This document shows, piece by piece, positions 1-10,149 of a DNA stretch of 64,000 nt (within the stretch, counting starts at the first letter, position 1; the number at the start of each line of letters is the position of its first letter). Below the pieces are notes generated by a model. It made no database searches and was not told the origin of the DNA. It saw only the letters and a program-made list of their open reading frames with translations. The position numbers and the translations under genes are program-made. The stretch lies in the NCBI GenBank assembly GCA_020184695.1, contig JAANOX010000014.1, positions 248,001 through 312,000 of the forward strand. The letters are read 5' to 3'. Source of the DNA: Histomonas meleagridis 2922-C6/04-290x. Lineage: Eukaryota > Protista > Parabasalia.

Positions 1-422
1 TGGTGATGGAATCTTTTGAGAATTAAAATTGAAATTTGCATTGATTTCTATTCATGCTCAATTATTTGTTATAATAGTAAATATTAAGGAAAATGTTGCT
101 GTAAAAGGAAATGATGTTTATCAATACCAAGTATTTTTTGTTCAAAGTTTGTTAATAAAGTTTCAACATATGTGTTTATATTGATGATAATTTTTAATCA
201 GTATCAATTTCTCGTTATGTGAAATGTTCAGTTTTGATTTCATACTTTTTCTAAATCTATTTCTCAAATATGTTTTGTCTTATTATAAAATAACTTAGAT
301 CATTATGTTATAAATAATAATCTTTATAAATATTTCCAAAAAAGGGTAAACTAACACTGTTAGTTTTAACTCCGCTTTTTCCATAATATCAATAATCGAT
401 TTAAGAAGATAACATTATTTTT

Positions 423-1719
423 TTATTGAATTACGCATTGACGGGGAAATAACTCAGCAATTTCTGTATAATTTTTTTGTAACGCATACATTAGAGCTGT
501 TTCAAATATTTATAATAATTTTCAAATAATATTTTGATATTAAAAATTATTGGAATAAAAATCAAATTTGATAAATAAAAATTTTTTGCACCAATATTAA
601 TACCTCTTTTATTCAGAAGCAATTGTACTATTTCTTTATGACCATTTGAACAAGCCAACATAAGTGCTGTTTCAAGAAAAATGCATAATTTCCAAATGTT
701 ATTTTGAAACATCAAATTTTTAATATGAATTTGAAGCAAAACAAATAAAATGTTTTATCATTAATTTTTATATGTTTTTGTTTAAGAAGAAATTTAACTG
801 TTTCTATATGACCTTTTTCAGCTGCATACATTAGAGGTGTTTTAAATAATATAAATAAATTCCAAATATTATTTTCAAACAAAAAAGTTTTAAAATGAAC
901 AAAAAACAAAATATAAAAACATCATGATAATTGATATCAACTTCTTCATGCTCAACAAGTAGTTTCATTACTTCTTCCCGACCATATATAGCTGCATAAA
1001 TTATTGCTGTTCGAAATATTTAAAATAATTTCCGAATATTATTTTAAAATATTAAATTATTAAAATAATTTATATCTTTTGCATTAATTTCAGTTCCTTC
1101 ATGTTCAAGAAGTAATTCAACTGCATTTACTTGACCATTTGCTGCTGCAATTATTAATGCTGTTTTAAATGATTTAAATGATTTCCAAATATTATTTTGA
1201 AGTTAAAAATCATTAAAATAAAATTTATCTGTATCATTAATATCAGTCATATAATAATTAAGAAACAATTCCATTAATTTTGTTTGACCTTTTTCAGCTG
1301 CAGTCATAAGTACTGTAAAAAATAATTTGAATAAATTTTCAAATTGATTAATTTAATTTTTCAAATTATTAAAATAAATAAATAAAACAAACAAAAATTT
1401 TTAGCATTTATATCAATAGAATCTTTTTTAAGAAGCAATTTGACCATTTTTATGTCATTATTTTTGGTTGCTTTCATAAGTGCATTATGAAATATTATAA
1501 ATAATTTTTAAGTATTAATTCGAAATATTCAATAATTAAAATAAATCCGAAACAAAACAAATAAAAATTTGTTGCATTATATAAAATACCTTTTTGTTTG
1601 AGAAGTAATTTAACTATTTCATAATTGAAATGTTTAGATGCATAAATAATGGGTGTATTAAACATTATAAAGAAAAATCAAATATTATCAAAAAATATTA
1701 AATTATTGATATAAAATAT
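423..1719 (-). repeat. Tandem array of ankyrin core (90 nt) + spacer (80 or 63 nt) units
   Basis: Spacers at 1657-1719 (63), 1487-1566 (80), 1317-1396 (80), 1164-1226 (63), 1011-1073 (63), 841-920 (80), 671-750 (80) and 501-580 (80), measured from after the D/N codon of NAKD to before the T codon of TAL. Confidence 0.95.
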
Positions 1720-3099
1720 ACCTATTTCATTTACATCTACATTGAAATTTTTTATAACGTACTTAACAAGCTCAACATTTCCCGACATTTCGCACAAAAT
1801 AAAAAAATTTTCCGGTACTTTAAATTTTTTATTTGTACTTTTTATGAGGAATAAATTTCCTGTTGCAGATAACACATTAATCAAGTCTTTTATTTGCAAA
1901 TAATTTTTTTTAATTAAAAAAGAAAGAAGTTCATAAGAACTACTTAAAACACATTTAACACCTAATATATATGATTTTTTGAATTGAATATTTTTTCTCT
2001 CATAAAATCCATAATAAAAATTAAATGTTCTATCAATTTCATCTAATTCATTTTCATAAAGATATTTAAAGATATCATTTCGATGAAATTCAATTGCTGC
2101 TTCATAAGCATCTTCAAATACTGAATGATTTTGTTCACATAAATAAATGATTTCTTCATTTCCACCAGCAACTGCATATTTACCTGCGTTATTTACTTTT
2201 GCGTTATTCATAAGTAAATATTTAAAACATTTAATAGCAGAAAAAAATGCTGCATAATCAATTAATGATACATTTTCTTGATTAATAAATGAACATCTTT
2301 CATAAAGTGATGGCTCAATCTTTTGATTAAAATCAAAATCATTTTGTGATGACATTTCTTGAAGTTTTTCGATGTCATCATTTCGAATTATTTTCGCAAT
2401 TTCATTTGGATTATGACCTTCTTTAATTAATTGCTTATGAAGTTCCCAATCATTCCTTGAAAGTTCTTCAAGGTGATTATCAAAATTATCTTTAATTTTT
2501 TTATATATTAGATTCCAGGAATTTTTCTCGTAATAAACAAAACAATTTTCATCAAATTTTCGATAAAAGTAAATTGGTTTATTTTTAAAATAATTTTTAT
2601 CCGATGCGTAATTGATAAAATATAAAGTTTTCTTTTTTAATAATATATTGATTCCAATTAGACCTTTTTCATACAATTGTTCTAAGAGATAAATTGCTTC
2701 GTGTGTTTCCAAAAATAAAAGAAATCGTACTAAAACATTAATGATATTTTTCTTTCGATATTTTTCTTCTAGACTTTTCAAAAACATTAAATACATATCA
2801 AAGTCTTTCATTTGAGACACAAATGATGAATAAACTAATTGACATACAACATTAAAAATCGTGTATTTGTTTTTCGTACCAAATAATTCAAAGATTGAAT
2901 GAACTGACTCTTCAATATTTTCATAGTTTAACTTGAAAATAATTTTCTCCAGTAACACCAAGTTTGATATATTGCCTCTGTGTTGCTTTGATACTTTTTT
3001 CTTAGTAATTATTTTATATTTTGGGCGAATGGTTTTCATGATTTGTGTGATAACACGAAAAAAAGCTTTAAGAACGTTTATGTCTTCTATCGGCAACAA
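423..3099 (-). CDS. DUF3447-like/ankyrin-repeat protein (locus A): 473-aa ORF (1678-3099) continued by 8 ankyrin cores separated by intron-like spacers
   Basis: ORF has the family motif GHNPNEIAKIIRNDDIEKLQE...SLIDYAAFFSAIKCFKYLLMN...KYAVAGGNEEII and stops at a TGA inside the first spacer (1678-1680). Downstream are seven 90-nt stop-free cores (1567-1656, 1397-1486, 1227-1316, 1074-1163, 921-1010, 751-840, 581-670), e.g. TALIIAAANGQVNAVELLLEHEGTEINAKD, plus a terminal core 423-500 ending in TAA. Confidence 0.85.
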
Positions 3100-3420
3100 A
3101 ATAAAGTGTTCAAAAAATCCGCTTTGTCAAATTCCAAATCGTTTTTTCCCAATGCCTTAAGTACATTAGATTTTTATCATGTTAGAACAATAGGGAAAAT
3201 AGATAAAAAATTGATTTTATTTATTATATTGATCAATATTATGGTACTCCTTTGCAATATTTTCTAATGTTTTTTAACCACATCTCCTCGACATTACGAA
3301 AAGACTTTGGAGAAAAGAGGGAAAAACATATTATTTAAACGTTTAATTATTAACATATTTTTATGAAATTCGTCTGAGCTTTTCATGTTCTTCTTGACCT
3401 GTCACTTTTTTATCGGGCTG

Positions 3421-3467
3421 ATAACGATAGAATATCGTTAACGGTTTTGATATTTATCTAGCGGTTT
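3421..3467. promoter_or_regulatory. Myb-type cis-element cluster between divergent genes
   Basis: ATAACGATA-GAA-TATCGTTA (8-bp inverted repeat TAACGATA/TATCGTTA) resembles T. vaginalis MRE-1/MRE-2 sites. It is followed by AACGGTTT (3440-3447) and AGCGGTTT (3460-3467), which match the M3 consensus. Confidence 0.5.
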
Positions 3468-3510
3468 ATCGATATATCAGAGCCCACCCAGCCTCACTAA
3501 ATAGGGGGTG

Positions 3511-4928
3511 ATGATGTTCACTCCCTTCATTTTAGTTGTTTTTTGCTTTTCAAAATTTTTCAAACTGTATTTTTGTCCCCTATTCCAAAACAAGCACATT
3601 TAAATTTAAAAATTACACGGGCGTTGAATTTCAAGATGTAATTTTCCAAAATCCTGTTGTTTTAGCTTTAGTAATTGGCCCACACCCTCTATCAGAGCAA
3701 GCTCAATATTTATTTTCAAACTCACTTAATATTTTCTCTAAGCGTGCACTGTTTACTTTACTTATTTCTTCTGATGTTCCTCAACTTGTATCTACCTTTC
3801 AATATGAAAATCCTTTTCTCGTACTCTATCAATCGGACAGAATATATAACTCATGTGAAAATGCATTTATGTTTCTCCTTAACAATTGGCTTATTGAAAA
3901 TCGAGGGCCTGTCAAAACTCTAAATGATTTAAAGGCAATATTATCTTCAACATTATACACTAATAAGCAAATAAAAATCTGTTTCTGGTGCTAATTCTAA
4001 TTTATATCTTGCACTTCAATAAATTGGTTCGTGCGAATTATTTACAACTAAACCCGAACTTTTTGATGAACTTAATATGTCTAATGAAATGCTTTTGCTA
4101 TTTCGTTCACAAGACCTTACAATTGTTCCTGTTCAAAACAGTACATCTTCGATATTAGAAAAATCAATTCCATTATACAAAGAATTCACAAAATATGATA
4201 TAATGCAAGAAAACATAATATTTGCTGTTATTTTTAGTCTAGGATTTGAAAATTTGTATCAGTTATCAAATCTGTTTCCAGAAATCAGGTTTGGAGTAGT
4301 TCCATATCATTTCCGCGAACGATATGACTTTTCCTAACTTTTATGTTTTTAATCCAGATAATGGTTATCACGCGACAAATTGTTTGATAACGTTGAAATC
4401 AAACGTTGAAATATTTCAGCGAGGAAATACCTGAAATTATCGAGAAGGAAAGTGTCCAAAAAATTGTTGGGTTAACTTACAAAGATCTCATAGAAAGCGA
4501 GAGCTACGATGCAGTCGTTCTCTACTCACCAGAATTTGGTCCAAATTTCACTCGAAAACGCCGATGAAGTGGCAAAAAGTGGCAACGATAAAATAAAGTT
4601 TGGAATTTTGGATCCGATACGAAACGCTTCACCTTTAGGTTTTCCTGTTTTTGTTCAAAGCCACACATCGAAATATTTCCAAGAGGATCTAAGAATGCTA
4701 TCCTTAATGAATTGAAGTGGATTTTTGAGGTTTTTGAATGATTGCTCAACACCAAATTTTGATCTCGATATCCCTGAATTGACAAAGGAAGAGGCATTAA
4801 GGGAAACAGACGAACTAGCTCCGAAATATGAGTTACTACCAGAGAACATTAAACAGAAAATACATAAATATGTGGAAACAAAATTGGCGAAATTAACAAA
4901 TTTGAATCCTTTTGCTGTAATTTTGTAA
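3511..4928 (+). pseudogene. Protein disulfide isomerase-like (thioredoxin-fold, no CxxC) gene broken by frameshifts and a stop
   Basis: Stitching frames gives a hydrophobic N-terminus, TFPNFYVFNPDNGYHA (b'-like) and ESVQKIVGLTYKDLIESESYDAVVLYSPEFGP...KIKFGILDPIRNASPLGFPVF (a'-like). In-frame TAA at 4020-4022 and several frame changes. Confidence 0.5.
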
Positions 4929-5409
4929 AAATTCATTTGTAAGTGTTTACTTATATATAAATTTTCTAATTGAGGGTGTAGTTCTGAAGATTTGGCAAAA
5001 AGTATCAAATCATTTGATGAAAAAAAAAAAAGAAATCAAAAGATTCATTTTCTTAATTCTTTAAGATTTTTTAAAAAATAACCATATGTTTATCACCTAT
5101 AAGATATATTCTTTAAAACTACATACGCAGAATGAAAAATAAAATTGATGAAAAAATCAATCATATGAATGGACTGATATATTTTATTTTTTATTATATC
5201 TTTTCCTGAATGTATCACTTTTGATCAAACTCAATAAATTATTTTCTCGTTCATTATGTCTATATTTTCAACATATCAAACCACATTCATCTTTTAAAAT
5301 TATGAAAATTTTATTAATTAATTTTTATATTAAGATTTTACATGTAAATCGATTCCTGCCCAAAGACTATTTAAGCGAGTTATTCTTGACAATTATTATA
5401 ATATTATTC

Positions 5410-7287
5410 TCAACAAAACATACATTTACTTGGTAATTTTTCACTAATTAATTGAACAATTTCGACATGAGAATTTTTTTCTGCCAACTTAAGCGAAGTT
5501 TCAAATAAATTTAATAATTTCCAAATATTTTTTTTTTTTTTGAGTTTCAAACAATATAAATAAATATAATTCAGAATAATTTAACATCTTAAGCATTAAT
5601 ATCAATTCCTTCTTGTTCAAGAAGTAATTTAACTATTTCTATATGACCATTTTGAGATGCTAAAATAAGTGCTGTTTTAAATATTTTAAATAATTTCTAA
5701 ATATTATTTTGAAATATTAAATTATTAAAATAAATTTTATTTTGAGCATTAATATCAATTCCTTTTTGTTCAAGAAGTAATTTAACTATTTCTGTACGAC
5801 CATTTGAAGATGCTAACATAAGTGCTGTATCAAATAATTTAAATAATTTCCAAATATTATTTTGAAATATCAAATTATTAAAATAAAATTTAAATAAAAC
5901 AAATAAATATTTTTAGCATTAATATCAATTCCTTCTTGTTCAAGAAGTAATTTAACTATTTCTGTACGACCATTTGAAGATGCATACATAAGTGCTGTTC
6001 TAAAAATTTAAATAATTTCCAATTATTATTTTGAAATACAAAATTATTAAAATAAATATCAAATAAAACAAATAAATATCTTTAGCATTAATATCAATTC
6101 CTTCTTGTTCAAGAAAGTATTTTACAATTTCAACATTCCCTGATTTTGTAGAGTATATTAAAAAATTTGTATTTTGATTATTTATATGAAGATATTTGAT
6201 AAGGAATAAATTTCCTATTTTTATTTCTTTTAAAATATTTTTATCATCATATTGAATTCCTTCTCCTTCCAAAAAAAAATAAAAGTTCGTAATTACCACT
6301 AGTAATAGAGATTTTTTGGAAATAATTAAGCGTTGTTTTATCAGCTTGGATTGATTTATCAATAATTTTATTTTCATAAAGATATTTAAATATATCATTT
6401 TGATGAAATTTAATTGCAGTTTCATATGCACCTTCAAATGAAGAATTATCTTGTTCACATAAATGAATTATTTCTAGATTTCCACCTGCAACTGCATATT
6501 TACCTGTATTTATTACATTTGCATTATTCATAAGTAAATATTTAAAACATTGAACTGACCCAAAAAATGATGCATAATCGATTAATGTAACATCTTTTGT
6601 ATTAATATAAGAACATCTTTCATAAATTGATGGTTCTATTATTTGATTAAAATCAAATTTTGGTTGTGATGATATTTCTTGAAGTTTTTCTATTTCATCA
6701 TTACGAATGATTTTTGCTATTTCATTTGGATTATGTCCTTCTTTAACATATTGCTTATGAAGTTCAAAATCATTCTTTGATAGTTCTTCTATGTTTTCCA
6801 AGAAATTTTCTTCTGCTCGTTGATGTTTTTTGGGTAAAGAAGTTGTGGGATTTCTATTTTTATGGTAATGAATAAAATATTTTGTTCGATTCATTGTTAA
6901 AATATTTGCTTTAGTTAAATTTTGTTGAATCAATATATTATATATATAATATGCTTCTTGCTTTTCCATTTTCGATATGTAATTTGAAAAAATTGGAATG
7001 ATTTTAGGTATATTTTCATTTATTTCTTCTTCTTTCATTTGAATCATTTGTAAAAATTTTAAGTATATATCAAATTCATTCTTTCTTGAACAAAATACAA
7101 AATAAATCAATTCACAAATGACATGATTAAATGTATATGGATAATTCAATTCAAATTTTTGCAATATTTGTTGAACTGAAAAATCAAGGTTTTCATCAGA
7201 TAAGCCCATGATGATTTTTTGGAGTTCAATAAGTAATTCCAAGTAGGAGTATTTATTTTCTTTTTCTGGGGGATTGGGATCTTGCAT
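5410..7287 (-). CDS. DUF3447-like/ankyrin-repeat protein (locus B) with spacer-interrupted ankyrin array; possibly a pseudogene
   Basis: ORF 6247-7287 shifts frame at an A9 run (6271-6279) into ORF 6000-6458. Cores at 5909-5998, 5739-5828, 5586-5675 (GCT-TAA-GAT stop at 5589-5591) and terminal 5410-5499. Spacers at 5999-6077 (79), 5829-5908 (80), 5676-5738 (63) and 5500-5585 (86). Confidence 0.75.
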
Positions 7288-7384
7288 TTATTTTCTTTTT
7301 CTGGAAATAAAAAATTAACAGCAAATCTTGTGCGTCACTTTTTTGAAAAAAGAATTTTTCTAATTTTCAATTTCTTCTTCAAAA

Positions 7385-7655
7385 TAATGGAACTAATGTA
7401 AATGTAAAAGATATTTTTCAATTTTTTTGATGTTAATATTTTACAAAAATATTGGAATATATTTAAATTATTTAATACTCCACTTATAGTTGCAACTATA
7501 TGTGATTAAATTGTTAAAAGACTTCTTCAACATAAAGGAATTGATGTTAATACTAATAATCTTTTTTTGTTTCATTTAATGTTTTATTAATTAATTTAAT
7601 ATTTTCATCAAACATTTAAAGATTATTTGGATTATTTGATACAGCACAAGACGCT
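7385..7655 (+). pseudogene. Orphan degenerate ankyrin core flanked by two spacers
   Basis: NVNVKD + 64-nt spacer (7413-7476) + TPLIVATICD*IVKRLLQHKGIDVNTNN (84 nt) + 80-nt spacer (7561-7640) + TAQ. No associated N-terminal ORF. Confidence 0.75.
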
Positions 7656-8364
7656 GTCAACCAAATAAACGGTCGTTTCAAATCAGAAAACCAATTTTTT
7701 TCATTTTCCATTGAACAAAAATTAAAAAATATACAAATAAATAAGTATACACATTCAATTCAATAAAATTATCTTAACCAAATTTTGTTATCTTGTTTTT
7801 TTATGCAATAAAAGCAATCTTCAAAATTTCAAATTCTTTTTTGGGCTTTAAGATTAAATACAGAAGTTAATATTCAATAAATATATAGAACTAATTATGG
7901 ACAATATTAATTTATACAATTTTTCTACAGTTTTCATTCTGTTTTTAAGTTATACAAGATTTTCAATATCTATAGATCAGAGCAAAAATTCAAAAATCTG
8001 TCTTTGCAATTTTTTATGATTTATATGTTCTATAAATAGGATAATTCTTGAAACAATTTATTCATTATTGGAGGCTCTGGACAAAGAAGAAAAAATAACT
8101 TTTTGAATTAATTTTGTGATTACAAATCCATCAAGAGCCGTTCCTCTACGAGTGAGCGATACTCACAAAAAAGAATCACAAAATTAAAGAGAAGATAAAA
8201 TATTTTAAACATTTTTTCAACAATACTTGTATATACTGGTTTAGATGTGGTTAGTTGGATGACCGTTCAGTTGAAGAAACAAAAAAATGCCCCACAACAA
8301 AGATTATGTAACCAAATAAAATCACAAATATTTTAACGCACGATAAAACATGAAACACTAAAAA

Positions 8365-8438
8365 AGCCACCGGCGGGACTCGAACCCGCAACCCCAAGAT
8401 TAAGAGTCTTATGCTCTAGCCGATTGAGCTACGATGGC
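8365..8438 (-). tRNA. tRNA-Lys: tRNA-Lys (anticodon CTT)
   Basis: Reverse complement GCCATCGTAGCTCAATCGGCTAGAGCATAAGACTCTTAATCTTGGGGTTGCGGGTTCGAGTCCCGCCGGTGGCT. 7-bp acceptor stem, anticodon arm TAAGA-CT-CTT-AA-TCTTG, GTTCGA T-loop, followed by an oligo-T Pol III terminator. Confidence 0.97.
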
Positions 8439-8542
8439 ATCTGTTTTACAAATTTTGATAATATTGATGTATATATTTTTAGAACGTTTTCTCTTGAATC
8501 AAGGGTACCCCATTATATCTAGACCAAAAAGAATTTCTGTCT

Positions 8543-9901
8543 ATGAAGGCTGCAAATGGAAGAGTATTATATCTTGTTGTCAAACAAGCTCTTCGTGCAT
8601 CTGGAATACAGTTTGAGATAAACAATCAAAATGCTGTTCTAATCTGGTGCGATACAGTCAAAATTGAATATTTCAATCAACTTCTTCCATGGCAAGTGAT
8701 CAATAGAATTCCATGGTCCCAAACAATGTGTCGAAAAGTACCATTTGTACTTCTTTTACAACGAGCAGCTCATTACTTTCCAGATCAATTAAAATTTCTT
8801 CCCAAATCTTATGTTCTTCCTCATGATTATGCCAGCTTTCAAGAAGCTCTTAATCTCCATGACAGAACACATATTTATAAACCTGACAAAGGTTCGTTAG
8901 GTCATGGTATCACTGTAATTCGACCAGAAGATCCTCAATTTTATGTCCCTGATAAGTTAGCTGTTGCTCAAGAATACATTGATTCATTTGTAATTGATGA
9001 TCGTAAATTTGATCTTCGCATATATGCCTTAGTTACAAGTCTTCATCCACTTACCATATACATTTATCGAGGAGGTGTTGCACGCTTTTGTACTGAAAGT
9101 GTTTCCAGCACATCCAAATTTTCTGTTCTCACAAATACGTCCGTTAACAGCAAAAATCCGGATGCTATACCGGACAAAATGACTCGGATGTTAACTGATG
9201 TCTTTGACGAGCTTCAACGCATGGGTCATGACATTGATAAATTATGGTCGTCAATTGATCATGCGATTGTTGTCTCATTTCTCTCAGCTTATAGTTTCTT
9301 ACTTAAAGCTGAGTCACAGCAATGTCCATATCATCGTTATTCGCGATGTTTCCAAATCATTGGTTGTGACATCTTGCTTGATAAGCAACTTAATCCATAT
9401 ATTCTCGAAATAAATTATCGTCCGTCGCTAAAATGTAACACGCAGAACTCGCATGACATGAAATTGGGTATGCTTGTTGATGCGATACGTATTGCTGCTC
9501 CACTTGAGCCATTACAAAAGCTTCTGGATGAAAATCCCGATTTCCCTCGCGATGTCAATGGATTTTATCAATTTATCGATGAAAACCAAAATGTCATCGA
9601 TGAGATGGAAAATTTGAAAATGCAAAATGAAGCGAATAATGGCTTTAGGAAAGTGTTTCCGAATGATAATAATAAGATATGGAACGAAATGTATGATAAA
9701 TTAAAGAGTTTGCCAACGGAAACAACAGAAGAGTTCGGATTACCTTTGCAAATATTAAATCAGGACGACCGCGAAATGGCGGACGGAAGAAAGTGCATGT
9801 CGCGGTTCTTTCGGAGTGTGAGAAACATGAAGAAAATATCCGCAAAGGATTTTATGAAATTGCAGATTGTGAAACAAAGAGCTAAAAATTTGTTGCAATA
9901 A
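8543..9901 (+). CDS. Tubulin-tyrosine ligase-like protein (TTLL glutamylase/glycylase family)
   Basis: IYKPDKGSLGHGI, AQEYID, DDRKFDLRIYALV, FQIIGCDILLD and YILEINYRPS are typical TTL ATP-grasp motifs. Confidence 0.93.
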   Translation: MKAANGRVLYLVVKQALRASGIQFEINNQNAVLIWCDTVKIEYFNQLLPWQVINRIPWSQTMCRKVPFVLLLQRAAHYFPDQLKFLPKSYVLPHDYASFQEALNLHDRTHIYKPDKGSLGHGITVIRPEDPQFYVPDKLAVAQEYIDSFVIDDRKFDLRIYALVTSLHPLTIYIYRGGVARFCTESVSSTSKFSVLTNTSVNSKNPDAIPDKMTRMLTDVFDELQRMGHDIDKLWSSIDHAIVVSFLSAYSFLLKAESQQCPYHRYSRCFQIIGCDILLDKQLNPYILEINYRPSLKCNTQNSHDMKLGMLVDAIRIAAPLEPLQKLLDENPDFPRDVNGFYQFIDENQNVIDEMENLKMQNEANNGFRKVFPNDNNKIWNEMYDKLKSLPTETTEEFGLPLQILNQDDREMADGRKCMSRFFRSVRNMKKISAKDFMKLQIVKQRAKNLLQ

Positions 9902-10149
9902 TAAAATAGACGATTTGAATCCGTTTTTTATAAATATTTCCAAAAGAAAAATGACAATCGCGTCAATTAATGATAAAAAGTATAAAATTATGTTACATAA
10001 AATGGCACTTTTGCCGGCGGTTATTATGAAATCATTTTCATAATGCGCATTGGCTTGGATCGCGACTTTTATGTGTGGGTGAGAAAAGATGTACTTGTGA
10101 TGTTTATTTGATTAAAGAAAAAAAAACATGCGTATTTGGAATTGATTAT

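Noticed and set aside
423-1719. CRISPR-like repeat/spacer array
   Set aside because: Both alternating parts are degenerate, the longer part encodes ankyrin, there are no cas genes, and the context is eukaryotic.
3503-3530. Box C motif GTGATGA and small GC hairpin (possible snoRNA)
   Set aside because: No box D at a suitable distance; it overlaps the start of the PDI-like gene.
5829-5908. Spacers as canonical GT-AG or U12 AT-AC introns
   Set aside because: The only GT (TTG|TTT) paired with the ACAG in 'ACA GCA' gives an out-of-frame join, and is absent in several copies. AT...AC joins are also out of frame. No ACTAAC-type branch site.
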